In this document: one piece after another, positions 9,297 through 20,165 of the stretch | Layout of the letters: the number at the start of each line of letters is the position of its first letter | Position numbering within the stretch: position 1 is the stretch's first letter | DNA from: Candidatus Kuenenia stuttgartensis | Lineage (GTDB): Bacteria; Planctomycetota; Planctomycetia; Pirellulales; UBA1268 | NCBI GenBank assembly: GCA_945883745.1 | Contig: CAMCYH010000001.1 | Span: 16,946-80,945 of the forward strand | Length of the DNA: 64,000 nt | Direction: 5' to 3' | The notes under the pieces: model-generated | What the model saw: the letters and a program-made list of their open reading frames with translations, nothing else | Told to the model about the DNA's origin: nothing | Databases searched by the model: none | Program-made: the position numbers and the translations under genes

Positions 9297-10157
9297 ATGA
9301 TGGTGATGAGACAAGGAGCCTGGAGACGACGGCACTCGATGCTTTGGTTCTTCGTGGGCTGGCTGCTGGCGGGCTCTCAGGTTTTCTGCGCCGACCTCAG
9401 GTTTCCGGATGAGAGAATCGATTCCTGGCACGGGTACAGGCGGCATGTGTTCGTGTTTCAGGGCCACACGGCCTGGGTCGTGGAGCCGGAGCAGCCGCGG
9501 GTGGGGAATCCCTGGTCGTGGTGCATGATGTTTCCGGATGCTTTTGCCAAGCGGTGTGCCGCGCCGCAGCTGCTCGCTGCGGGGTTTCATCATGCCTTCA
9601 TCGACGTCGGCAACACATTCGGGTCACCGGAAGCCATCCGGCAACTGGCGGCGTTTCATGACGAACTCGTCCGCCGCGGCCTTGCTCCCAAGGCCGCCCT
9701 CATCGGCATCAGCCGGGGCGGGCTGTATGCCCAGCGGTATGCAGCCGAGCATCCCGATCATGTGGCCGTCATTTACGGTGACAACCCGGTCTGCGACTTC
9801 AAAAGCTGGCCCGGCGGGAGGGGCTCAGGTAAGGGCAGCCCCAAGGACTGGGCTGCCTGCCTTGCCGCTTACGGGTTTGCCGATGAGGCTGCGGCGCTCG
9901 CCTACTCGGAAAATCCCGTCGATAGACTTGAGCCACTCGCGAAGGCTGGCATCGCGGTCGTGCATGTCGTCGGCGACATGGATGACGTCGTACCCCCGAC
10001 AGAAAACTCGCTTGTCGTCGAAGCACGATACCGAAAACTCGGTGGCAAAGTGCTCGTGATCCATGAGCCCGACAAGGGGCACCATCCGCATGGTCTTGCC
10101 GATCCACAGCCGGTCGTCGACTTCGTGATCGAGCATGCCGATCTCGAGCGTCGGTAA
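9297..10157 (+). CDS. Secreted alpha/beta hydrolase
   Basis: Signal-like N-terminus (RRRHSMLWFFVGWLLAGSQVFCA). Nucleophile elbow GISRGG and a late His (DKGHHPHG). The start is ambiguous, with several ATGs between 9297 and 9339. Confidence 0.7.
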   Translation: MMVMRQGAWRRRHSMLWFFVGWLLAGSQVFCADLRFPDERIDSWHGYRRHVFVFQGHTAWVVEPEQPRVGNPWSWCMMFPDAFAKRCAAPQLLAAGFHHAFIDVGNTFGSPEAIRQLAAFHDELVRRGLAPKAALIGISRGGLYAQRYAAEHPDHVAVIYGDNPVCDFKSWPGGRGSGKGSPKDWAACLAAYGFADEAAALAYSENPVDRLEPLAKAGIAVVHVVGDMDDVVPPTENSLVVEARYRKLGGKVLVIHEPDKGHHPHGLADPQPVVDFVIEHADLERR

Positions 10158-10168
10158 GCTGATTTCGG

Positions 10169-11533
10169 TCACACCATCGGCCAGAGCATGGCCAGAGCGA
10201 GCGTAGCGAGGAGGCCGACAGTGCCTTCGATCGCCACCATCACAGAGGCCGTGCGGAGCGTCTGCATCTCGCCCATCCCGCTCATCCGGGAAATTACCCA
10301 GAATCCGCTGTCATTCATCCACATCCCTATCTTCGAGCCGCAGCCGATCGCAGCCGCCACGTAGACGGAGTGAAACGGCAGGCTGCTGTTGAGCACGATC
10401 GGGGCCATCACCCCGGCTGCCGTGATCATCGCCACCGTGGCTGAGCCCTGCGCGACGCGGATGACCGCGGTGACGACCCAGGCGACCGGGATCAGTGCCA
10501 GACCGGAGCCCTCCCCGAGCCCCGCCGAGAGTTGCGCCAGGCCGGCCTGCCGGAGCGTGGCCCCGAGCGCGCCGCCGGCGGCGATCACCAAGATGATGCT
10601 GCCAGCCTCCGTGATCGCCTCGGCGATGGTAGTGCGAACCTGCGGCATCCCGACACCGCTTGCAGCCAGCACAAGGATCGACAGCAGTGCGGCGATCGAG
10701 AGGGCGAGGTTCTTTTCCCCAACGAGCCGGATGGCCGGAAGGAGGCTGCCGGCGAACAAGCCCGGCGCCGAGCGGGACGCCGACTCGAGGCTGATGAGTA
10801 CGACGGGGAGCAGGATGGGCAGCAGGGCCGCCCAGAGCGGCGGCATCCGCACGGCGGCAGTCTCGACAGGGCCGGCTGTGCCCTCCTGTGTGGGGCTTCC
10901 CGAAACGCTCAGCGGAGTGAGTGGCCAGCGACGATCAGCCCACGTGGCGTACACATACCCTGCGAGGGCGGCGACGAGGCCGACGACCAGTCCGACCATG
11001 ATCATCGTCGCCATGCCGACGGCCAGGGCGTCGGCCACAAACAGTGGCCCTGGCGTTGGGGGCACGAGCGAGTGGGTCATCGTAGCGCCGCCGACGATCG
11101 CGAGCACGCTGAGAAGGTAGCCGCGGCCGGTCCTCTCCCAGACGGCACGAGCCAGCGGCATGAGCAGGTAAAACACGGTTTCGGCGAACATCGGGATGCC
11201 GAGGACAAATCCGGCGAGGAGGAGCGCCAGCGGTGTCCGCCGCTCACCGACGAGCTGCTGGATCGACACGACGATCCGACGGGCACCCCCGGCGGCCGAG
11301 AGACACGTGCCGAGGATCGATGCCATCGCGATGACGATGCCGATGTCGAGCGCCGTTTTGCCAAACCCCTCGGCCACCCGCTGGCCGGCGGAGGCCTGGG
11401 CCGAATCGGTCGGGCTGAGCAACGCGACGGCGATCGCTGCCACGATCAGGATCACAAACGGATGCAATCGGAAGCTGAGCACGCCGCCGATGACGATCAC
11501 AAGCGCGACGGCGAGGATGGCGAGTGGCGACAT
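10169..11533 (-). CDS. GntP family permease (gluconate/sugar-acid:H+ symporter)
   Basis: 454-aa polytopic protein with the GntP-type C-terminal motif GCGSKIGMWMNDSGFWV. Confidence 0.88.
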   Translation of the reverse strand: MSPLAILAVALVIVIGGVLSFRLHPFVILIVAAIAVALLSPTDSAQASAGQRVAEGFGKTALDIGIVIAMASILGTCLSAAGGARRIVVSIQQLVGERRTPLALLLAGFVLGIPMFAETVFYLLMPLARAVWERTGRGYLLSVLAIVGGATMTHSLVPPTPGPLFVADALAVGMATMIMVGLVVGLVAALAGYVYATWADRRWPLTPLSVSGSPTQEGTAGPVETAAVRMPPLWAALLPILLPVVLISLESASRSAPGLFAGSLLPAIRLVGEKNLALSIAALLSILVLAASGVGMPQVRTTIAEAITEAGSIILVIAAGGALGATLRQAGLAQLSAGLGEGSGLALIPVAWVVTAVIRVAQGSATVAMITAAGVMAPIVLNSSLPFHSVYVAAAIGCGSKIGMWMNDSGFWVISRMSGMGEMQTLRTASVMVAIEGTVGLLATLALAMLWPMV

Positions 11534-11616
11534 GGTGGGGGCGTTCCTTGTGCAAGACCGGCGTCAGCGTACAATCGCGGCCGCCTTCACGAAACCGCCT
11601 GCATAAAGGTGCGACC

Positions 11617-13359
<1,743 letters not shown>

Positions 13360-13394
13360 CCGATGAGCAATCACCCTTTCCGGAGCCATGTGTC

Positions 13395-14312
13395 ATGGAC
13401 GCCTCACCCACGCTGACCAAAGCCCACCTCGAACGTTCGGTGATGGCCGTGCCGCCGCTGGCCCGTACCGCGAGCGGCGCGATCGACCGGGTGGCCAATG
13501 AAAAAATTATTCGCCACATTGAGGCGGGGGGCGTGTCGCTCCTGCTCTACGGGGGCAATGCCAACATCTACCACCTGCCCCTGGAGGAGTATGAGCCGTT
13601 GCTCGCCCTGCTTGCCGAGACGGCCGGTTCGTCGACACTCGTCGTTCCGTCAGCTGGCCCAACCTACGGGCTGCTGCTGGAGCATGCCAAGGCGATTCGC
13701 CGGCACCGCTTCCAAACGGTGATGGTGCTGCCGCAGCAGGGAATCACGACGAGCGCGGGGGTGGCGACGGGTGTGCGGAGGTTTGCCGAGGCGGCAGGCG
13801 TGCCCACGCTGCTCTATATCAAGCACGATGGGTATATCGAGCCGGCCGACGTGGCTCGTCTTTGCAACGATGGGCTCATCAGTGCCATCAAATATGCGAC
13901 CGTTCGTGACAATCCGGCCCACGATCCCTACTTACGCGACCTCGTCGGCATGGTCGATCCGGGAATGATCATCAGCGGCATCGGCGAGCAGCCGGCGATC
14001 GTGCACCTGCGAGACTTCGGCCTGGGAGGCTTCACGACCGGCTGCGGCTGCGTCGCACCGGCGCTCTCGCAGGCGATGCTGGGGGCGATCCGTCGCCACG
14101 ACTGGGCCGAGGCAGAAAGAATTCGCAAAGTGTTCGAACCGCTGGAAGACCTCCGCAACGCGATCAGCCCGATCCGCGTTCTCCACGAGGCGGTCGCCGG
14201 CGGCGGGATCGCGGCGACAGGTCCACTCCTGCCGCTGCTCGACCCCGTTGAAGACGCCCAGCGCCCGGCCATCGCCGCCGCGGCCCGGGCTTTGCTAGCC
14301 GCCCAAGCCTGA
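13395..14312 (+). CDS. DHDPS/N-acetylneuraminate-lyase family enzyme (2-keto-3-deoxy-sugar-acid dehydratase or aldolase)
   Basis: TIM-barrel DapA-like pattern (GVSLLLYGGNANIYHL, candidate Schiff-base Lys in LISAIKYATV). It lies immediately downstream of the IlvD/Edd dehydratase. Start is ATG 13395 or TTG 13356. Confidence 0.8.
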   Translation: MDASPTLTKAHLERSVMAVPPLARTASGAIDRVANEKIIRHIEAGGVSLLLYGGNANIYHLPLEEYEPLLALLAETAGSSTLVVPSAGPTYGLLLEHAKAIRRHRFQTVMVLPQQGITTSAGVATGVRRFAEAAGVPTLLYIKHDGYIEPADVARLCNDGLISAIKYATVRDNPAHDPYLRDLVGMVDPGMIISGIGEQPAIVHLRDFGLGGFTTGCGCVAPALSQAMLGAIRRHDWAEAERIRKVFEPLEDLRNAISPIRVLHEAVAGGGIAATGPLLPLLDPVEDAQRPAIAAAARALLAAQA

Positions 14313-14330
14313 GTGGCGACGGTCCGCCTC

Positions 14331-16229
14331 TCACTGGCCTCCCTGCACCTTCATTGGCAGCGTGAAGACGCGGTCGCGGGCGGTGATGAAGAGCGTCCGG
14401 CGGTCAGCGCCGCCGAATGTCACGTTTGCGGCTGCGACGGGCAGCGGAATTTCCCCCAGATTCTTTCCTGTCGATGAGAATACGCGGATGGCATGAGCCT
14501 TGGGCGTCACGTAGAGATTCCCCTGCTCGTCCACCGCGAAACCGTCGGAGCCGGTCTTGGCAAACTCTCGGCGGGGTCCAAGGATGCCCGGTCCCTCGAC
14601 TGGAAAGGCCACGGTGACGTCGGCATCGCGATCGGCGACGTAGAGCGTCTTTTCATCGGGCGAGAGAGCGATGCCGTTGGGCCGTTGGAACCCGCCCGCC
14701 ACCTTCCGCACCGTGCTCCCGTCGGCCGTGATCCAGTAGACCGCCTCGTCCTCGAGTTCTTTGTCTTCCGGCTTGCGGCCGTACGCCGGATCAGTAAACC
14801 ACACGCCCCCCTGGACATCGATGACGAGATCGTTTGGAGCGTTGAACCTTTTGCCTTCGATCCGTTCAGCGAGCGGCGCGATCGCCTTCGACTTCGGATC
14901 GATTGCCACGATCCGGCGACCGGCTCCCATTTGGCAGCCGACGAGCATACCGTTGGGTCGAAAGAAGAGACCGTTGATCTTGTCGGTCTTCTCGAGCCAG
15001 GTCTCGATCGTTCCGGTTGCCACCCGCCAGACGTGAATTTTCTCCTGCGGGATGTCGGTAAAGAAGACATCGCCGCGGCTGTCGGCAGCTGGCCCTTCCG
15101 TAAACGTGAAGCCGCCCGCCACCTCTTTGACTTCGATCGGGCCATCGACCAGTTCGGTGATGCTTGTCGCCTGGTTGGTCGATGGCACGCCATGCGATCC
15201 ATGTCGATTCATCTCGCAGTCGGCATCGAACGGCACCGCAGCGGCAGCCTCGTCGACAGGATGCATGAAGAGATACCGCCAGACCGGCTCATGGACAAAC
15301 TTGCCGGTGGCATCCTTGCAGGCTGCCCCGCCGGGGATCACGCCGGAATGGGCGCGGCCGGCATCTCCGCCGACGTCGCAGTCGGTAATGAGCCGCCGCG
15401 TGTTGCCATAGGGGGCCGCCGTGTCATCGACATCGACCACGGGCCCGTGCTCGTGCATCCGCAAAAGCTGCCACGAGCGACAGTAATGATCCGCGGCCCA
15501 GCCACTGTCTAGCACATGGGTGAATCCAAAAAACCGGTTGGACGGTGTGGCTGACGGCCCCCCCTGCCAGGTCTCGGTGTTGTCGCGGGGACCAGAGAAC
15601 ATCACGACCCGATCGACCGGCTGATGCATCGCAAACCGGGCGGCGGTCGTAGAGCCGTGAGAAATACCAGCCAGCGTCACCTTGTCCCAGCGGAGATCCT
15701 GCCGATCATCGGTGAGAAACTGAGCCCAATGGCCCTCCGGGTTTTCCGTGTCGAGCCAGAGCAGAAACTGCCGCGCCCGCTCCCGCATGCTGTCGGGTTT
15801 TGGGATTGCAACAAGCGGGCTGAAGTCCTCCCCGGTAGCCGCCTCGAGCCGGATCTTGCCCAGCACGTCGCCGGAGTCGCGAACCTCGGGTTTCAGACTC
15901 CCAAACCAGCGATTGGCATAGCTCACCTGGATACCATGCAGCCCGTAGCCGGCGATGCGGTCGAAGAGCCCCTTGCTATGATCCATCAGCCAGATCACGA
16001 GCCGCCCCTGCGAGGGCACGCGTGTATCGACCACGGCATGCTGCAGGTCGATCGGCTTGCCGGTCTTGGGGTCGTTGAAGGTAAAGCCGATCGCGGGATG
16101 CTCTTTCGCGTCGGAGTCGATCGCACTTGCTCGGGCGGCCAGATCAAAACGCCGGCCCTGCTCCGCAGCGGTCGCCCACAATGAAATGCCGGCGAAAAAG
16201 AAAGTGAAAACGCGCAGTGAAGTCTTCAT
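14331..16229 (-). CDS. Secreted alpha/beta-hydrolase-like domain (GxSxG) fused to SMP-30/gluconolactonase-like beta-propeller
   Basis: Signal peptide present. The N-terminal half has GISHGSTTAARF. The C-terminal half has FTEGPAADSRGDVFFTDIP, PNDLVIDVQGGVWFTDP and PNGIALSPDEKTLYVAD. Confidence 0.85.
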   Translation of the reverse strand: MKTSLRVFTFFFAGISLWATAAEQGRRFDLAARASAIDSDAKEHPAIGFTFNDPKTGKPIDLQHAVVDTRVPSQGRLVIWLMDHSKGLFDRIAGYGLHGIQVSYANRWFGSLKPEVRDSGDVLGKIRLEAATGEDFSPLVAIPKPDSMRERARQFLLWLDTENPEGHWAQFLTDDRQDLRWDKVTLAGISHGSTTAARFAMHQPVDRVVMFSGPRDNTETWQGGPSATPSNRFFGFTHVLDSGWAADHYCRSWQLLRMHEHGPVVDVDDTAAPYGNTRRLITDCDVGGDAGRAHSGVIPGGAACKDATGKFVHEPVWRYLFMHPVDEAAAAVPFDADCEMNRHGSHGVPSTNQATSITELVDGPIEVKEVAGGFTFTEGPAADSRGDVFFTDIPQEKIHVWRVATGTIETWLEKTDKINGLFFRPNGMLVGCQMGAGRRIVAIDPKSKAIAPLAERIEGKRFNAPNDLVIDVQGGVWFTDPAYGRKPEDKELEDEAVYWITADGSTVRKVAGGFQRPNGIALSPDEKTLYVADRDADVTVAFPVEGPGILGPRREFAKTGSDGFAVDEQGNLYVTPKAHAIRVFSSTGKNLGEIPLPVAAANVTFGGADRRTLFITARDRVFTLPMKVQGGQ

Positions 16230-16393
16230 AGTTTCTCCAGGAGAGGGGCCCGACTGACCAGGTTAAGGTAGCCGAAATACGGCCGGAATGGGGTGATGAT
16301 GTCCAGAAGCGTCCAAGCCCCTCCTGCCGAGGCAAGGAAGTCCGCCGGCCCGCAATAGCCGACGCGTGACAGAGTCGAGGTGCCGGCGGCGCG

Positions 16394-16410
16394 TGGCGTC
16401 AGCGACGCCA
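16394..16410. promoter_or_regulatory. Inverted repeat TGGCGTC-AGC-GACGCCA in a divergent intergenic region
   Basis: 7-bp perfect arms with a 3-bp spacer, between the lactonase-fusion gene (start 16229, minus strand) and the methyltransferase gene. Function unknown (operator or hairpin). Confidence 0.25.
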
Positions 16411-16446
16411 TAATGCGGATTCTGCTGGTCGTGGTGACGCACCATT

Positions 16447-17661
16447 GTGACAGTCGTGGATCGGGTGAGGAGCACGGTGACGTTGGCGATGACAGACGAT
16501 GTGGCGTTGCTACAACAGTTGCGGTCTGCCCCTGAACTGTTGGCAGCCGTGGCGGCCTGCTCGCCGGCCGAGCGGGCGAGCCAGAAGTCGCTGCGGGGGC
16601 TATTTCCTGATGAGCTCGTGCGGGCGGCAATTGGGTTGCAGGAGGCACGCGAGCGGGCTGTTGGGCGGCTGCCTCACGCCGAGCGGCTCTGGCTTACGCG
16701 GACGGGACTCGAGCAGGCGACCAGCTGGCATGTGGCCGTGCATAAGGCAGAGCGGTTTGCCGGGTGCGGCGAAGTGGTTGATCTCTGCTGCGGTATCGGG
16801 AGCGACGCGGCAGCGCTGTCTCACCGCGGACAGGTGATGGCCATCGATCGTTCTCCGGCCATGGTGCTGCGGGCCGCCTGGAATGCCGAGGTGCTGGGGC
16901 AGCCAGAGCGGCTTGCAACCCGCTGCGGCGATGTCATCGCCGAGGATTGGGCGGGACGATTCGTACACGCCGACCCCGACCGCCGCGATGGCCGCGACCG
17001 GCCCGCCCGCTGGCTCGAGCACTACCAGCCCGGTCTCGATTGGATGCAAAAGCTTGCGGCGACGGCACGCGGCGGAGCAATCAAGGTGGGGCCGGCGAGC
17101 GATTTCCCCGGCAAGTTTCCTGGCTGCGAGGTCGAACTGGTGAGCCTGAGTGGCGAATGCCGGGAGGCGACGATCTGGTTTGGTGAGTTGGCCGGAGCTG
17201 AGCCTGCCCGGGCGACGAATCTCACCACGGGCGAAAGCCTTGCCGGGAAACCGGCGGACGCACGCCGAAGACTCACCGATCCCATCGGCAGCTTTCTCTG
17301 CGATCCCGATCCTGCCGTGGTGCGGGCGGGACTCCTCGATAAACTCGCCGAGCAGCACGGTATGCTCCGTCTCGATGCCGACGAGGAATACCTCACCGCC
17401 GAGCAGCCTCCGGCGACTAGCCTGGTCACGGCCTTCTCTGTGGACGCGGTGCTGCCGGCGGGCATCAAGGATCTCAAGCGGCATCTACGGCAGCAGCCGG
17501 CCCATCACTACGAGATCAAGTGTCGCCGCCTGGCGATCGACGTGGAGGACGTCCGCCGCCAGCTGCCGACCGGAGATGCCCCACCCTGCGTGGTCATCTT
17601 CTGCCGGATTGCCGGTCGTGCCCGTGCTGTGATCGGACGACGGTGCGAGCCGGTGGGATGA
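16447..17661 (+). CDS. Class I SAM-dependent methyltransferase with THUMP-like C-terminal region
   Basis: SAM-binding motif I VVDLCCGIGSDAAAL. Overall architecture resembles the THUMP-like methyltransferase family. GTG 16447 or ATG 16489 as start. Confidence 0.75.
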   Translation: MTVVDRVRSTVTLAMTDDVALLQQLRSAPELLAAVAACSPAERASQKSLRGLFPDELVRAAIGLQEARERAVGRLPHAERLWLTRTGLEQATSWHVAVHKAERFAGCGEVVDLCCGIGSDAAALSHRGQVMAIDRSPAMVLRAAWNAEVLGQPERLATRCGDVIAEDWAGRFVHADPDRRDGRDRPARWLEHYQPGLDWMQKLAATARGGAIKVGPASDFPGKFPGCEVELVSLSGECREATIWFGELAGAEPARATNLTTGESLAGKPADARRRLTDPIGSFLCDPDPAVVRAGLLDKLAEQHGMLRLDADEEYLTAEQPPATSLVTAFSVDAVLPAGIKDLKRHLRQQPAHHYEIKCRRLAIDVEDVRRQLPTGDAPPCVVIFCRIAGRARAVIGRRCEPVG

Positions 17662-17686
17662 CGCGAGAGCCAACGCCGCTGCAGTC

Positions 17687-17706
17687 CACCGGGCTTCCGC
17701 CCGGTG
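17687..17706 (+). terminator. GC-rich hairpin CACCGGGC-TTCC-GCCCGGTG downstream of the methyltransferase gene
   Basis: 8-bp perfect stem with a tetraloop, 26 nt after stop 17661. There is no U-tract, so terminator function is only inferred. Confidence 0.4.
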
Positions 17707-17738
17707 CTTCCTGGGAGGAGAACGCTGCCCGCCTGGAG

Positions 17739-17960
17739 GGCGGGCGTACGAGAGCGACCGGATGGTTGCCAAGCAAGCTGAGGCCAGGATGGCGAAGCTT
17801 GCGTGAGGTAGCGGCGGGCGTACGAGAGCGACCGGAAGGTCGCCAAGAAAGCTGAGGCCAGGATGGCGAAGCTTGCGGGCGGTAGCGGCGGGCTTTCGTG
17901 AGCGAACGGATGTTCGCGAAGAAACCCGAGGCCACGATGGCGAGGGTTTCGTGAAGCCAG
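17739..17960. repeat. Three tandem 74-bp units, each with two conserved hairpins (candidate structured RNA or REP-like element)
   Basis: Units start at 17739, 17813 and 17887. Units 1 and 2 differ at 5 of 74 positions; unit 3 is more diverged. Hairpin A (GCGACC-GGAW-GGTYGC) and hairpin B (7-bp stem, 16-nt loop GAGGCCASGATGGCGA) are maintained by compensatory changes in unit 3. Confidence 0.9.
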
Positions 17961-17963
17961 CCA

Positions 17964-19061
17964 CTACCGGACGACTCGTGCGCCGCCGCCCTTGATCTGC
18001 TTTTCGACTTCGGCGCGGGTGGCCATCGACGTGTCACCGGGGGTTGTGCTCGCGAGGGCGCCGTGGGCAGCGCCGTACTCGACCGCCTTCTGCGGGCAGT
18101 TGAACTCCAGAAAGCCAAACGCGAGGCCACTGGCGAAACTGTCGCCGCCGCCGACGCGGTCGAGAATCTCGAGTTCGGGATACTGGCGACTGTCAAAAAA
18201 CTGCCCGTCGTGCCAGCAGATAGCGCTCCAGTCGTTCTTGGTCGCCGTGATCACTCGGCGAAGCGTCGTGGCTGCGACCTTGAAGTTGGGATACTCATGC
18301 ACGGCCTTTTCGATCATCTTTCGGAAGGCGTCGGTCTCGATCGTGCTGATCGCATGATCGACCCCCTCCACCTCAAACCCGAGGCTGGCAGTAAAGTCTT
18401 CCTCGTTGCCGATCATGACATCGACGTACTTGGCAATCTCGCGATTGACCTCGCGGGCCTTGGCCTGGCCGCCGATGCTCTTCCAGAGGCTGGGGCGGTA
18501 GTTCAGGTCGTAGGAGACGATCGTGCCATGCTTCTTGGCCGCCTTGACGGCCTCGATCGTGACCGCCGCTGTGGTCTCCGAGAGTGCGGCGAAGATGCCG
18601 CCGGTGTGGAACCACCGGGCCCCGACTTTCCCGAAAATGTGATCCCAGTCGATGTCGCCCGGCTTGAGCTGGCTGGCGGCCGTGTTGCCCCGGTCGGGCA
18701 CGCCCACCGCGCCGCGGATGCCAAAGCCCCGCTCCGTGAAATTGAGCCCGTTGCGGACGGTGCGGCCGATGCCGTCGTCAGCCCGCCATTGGATGAAGTC
18801 GGTCGCCACGCCCCCCTGCATGATGAAGTCTTCGATCAGGTGGCCGACCTCATTGTCGACGAACGCCGTGACGACGGCGGTCCTCAGGCCGAAGCACTTT
18901 CGCAGGCCGCGGGCGACGTTGTACTCGCCGCCCCCTTCCCAGGCCGTGAATTGACGTGCCGTGCGAATCCGTCCCTCACCGGGGTCGAGCCGGAGCATGA
19001 TCTCACCGAGTGAGATCTGATCGAAGGTGCAGGTGCCATGGGGCTTGATGGGAAGGGACAT
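17964..19061 (-). CDS. PfkB-family sugar kinase (2-dehydro-3-deoxygluconokinase-like)
   Basis: PfkB signatures GGGEYNVARGL (N-terminal) and DRVGGGDSFASGL (C-terminal). Confidence 0.88.
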   Translation of the reverse strand: MSLPIKPHGTCTFDQISLGEIMLRLDPGEGRIRTARQFTAWEGGGEYNVARGLRKCFGLRTAVVTAFVDNEVGHLIEDFIMQGGVATDFIQWRADDGIGRTVRNGLNFTERGFGIRGAVGVPDRGNTAASQLKPGDIDWDHIFGKVGARWFHTGGIFAALSETTAAVTIEAVKAAKKHGTIVSYDLNYRPSLWKSIGGQAKAREVNREIAKYVDVMIGNEEDFTASLGFEVEGVDHAISTIETDAFRKMIEKAVHEYPNFKVAATTLRRVITATKNDWSAICWHDGQFFDSRQYPELEILDRVGGGDSFASGLAFGFLEFNCPQKAVEYGAAHGALASTTPGDTSMATRAEVEKQIKGGGARVVR

Positions 19062-19070
19062 GGGTGTGTC

Positions 19071-20162
19071 CTACGAGGCTGTGGGGAGCGTGGAAATGTC
19101 GAACGGGGCCATGCCGGCCTCGTGGGCGATCTCGTTGAGAGCCTCGATTTCGGCCTTCGAGAAGAGCAGACCGCCGGCCACCTCACTGCGGGCGGCGGCT
19201 TCGGCCTCCAGCTGCCCTGGCAGCATGCACTGCTCATTGCCATGGCCGAGGATGTCGGCCAGCACGGCTTTGACGTTGTCAGCCTGCGAGCGGCCCTTGG
19301 CGAAGACGCCGCTCGAGATCGCGTCGGGATGGATCACCTGGAAGAAGAAGGCACAGTTCTGCTTCTCACCCGGCACTACGGCTCGGCTGCGGATCGTCGG
19401 GAGCGAGCCACCGATGAATCCCGCCACGATCTCGTTGATGAGCGACAGGCCGTAGCCCTTGTGGTCGCCAAACGGCAGGAGCGACACGGCCTGTTCGGCG
19501 TCTGTGGTCGGGTTGCCGTCCTTGTCTACGGCGGCATTGGGCGGCAGGGCCTTGCCCTCCCGCTTGAACTGCTGCACCCGCCCCATCGCGATCACGCTCG
19601 TCGCCCAGTCGATCACGATGGGATAGCCGACGGCATCGTTTGTGGGAAAGCCCCACGAGTGCGGATTGGTGCCGAGCGTGGGAAACTTTCCCTTGAACGG
19701 CACCACCTCGGCCAGCGACGCCGTGCAGTTGGTGTAGGCGATATAGCCCTTCTTCGCCGCCTCCATCACATAGCCGCCGCCCCAGAGATAGTGAAAGGCA
19801 TTGTCGATCGACACCGTGCCCGTGCCGTAGGTGTCGGCGAGCCGCATGCAGGTGTCGACCGCCTCCCAGGCCACCGCCTGCCCCAGCTTCTTCTGGGCAT
19901 CCCACACTTCAGCCGCCTGGAACCGGCTGGGGAGCTTTCTGATGGATGCCCCTGGCGTGCAGCCGCCCGCCTTGGAGCCGAAGAGGTCGTCGAGGTGCAG
20001 CGCCTTGATGGCGTTGTGCGTACGGATGCCATGCTTTGTCGCGGCCGTTGCGAGCTTCGCCGCATGGTCGGCTTCGGCGGCGTCGAAGCCACGCTTGAGA
20101 TAGGCGCCCTTGACGACTGCTTCGTGGGCATCGACAGGGACAACAAAAAAGGTTTCAGTCAT
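19071..20162 (-). CDS. Ldh2-family (malate/L-lactate/sulfolactate-type) NAD(P)H oxidoreductase
   Basis: Family motifs GTNPHSWGFP and FGDHKGYGLSLINEI. The gap to the downstream kinase gene is 9 nt. Confidence 0.85.
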   Translation of the reverse strand: MTETFFVVPVDAHEAVVKGAYLKRGFDAAEADHAAKLATAATKHGIRTHNAIKALHLDDLFGSKAGGCTPGASIRKLPSRFQAAEVWDAQKKLGQAVAWEAVDTCMRLADTYGTGTVSIDNAFHYLWGGGYVMEAAKKGYIAYTNCTASLAEVVPFKGKFPTLGTNPHSWGFPTNDAVGYPIVIDWATSVIAMGRVQQFKREGKALPPNAAVDKDGNPTTDAEQAVSLLPFGDHKGYGLSLINEIVAGFIGGSLPTIRSRAVVPGEKQNCAFFFQVIHPDAISSGVFAKGRSQADNVKAVLADILGHGNEQCMLPGQLEAEAAARSEVAGGLLFSKAEIEALNEIAHEAGMAPFDISTLPTAS

Positions 20163-20165
20163 GGC

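Noticed and set aside
9195-9593. 133-codon N-terminal extension of the aldehyde dehydrogenase ORF.
   Set aside because: The extension is basic and low-complexity (HHHHLH, PRPGIPHPR) and overlaps the divergent hydrolase ORF region. ALDH homology begins right after ATG 9194, giving a typical 528-aa enzyme.
17739-17960. Possible CRISPR array, given regularly spaced repeats with hairpin potential.
   Set aside because: The 74-bp units are directly contiguous, with no unique spacers between them. There are only three copies, the unit is too long for a CRISPR repeat, and no cas genes are nearby.
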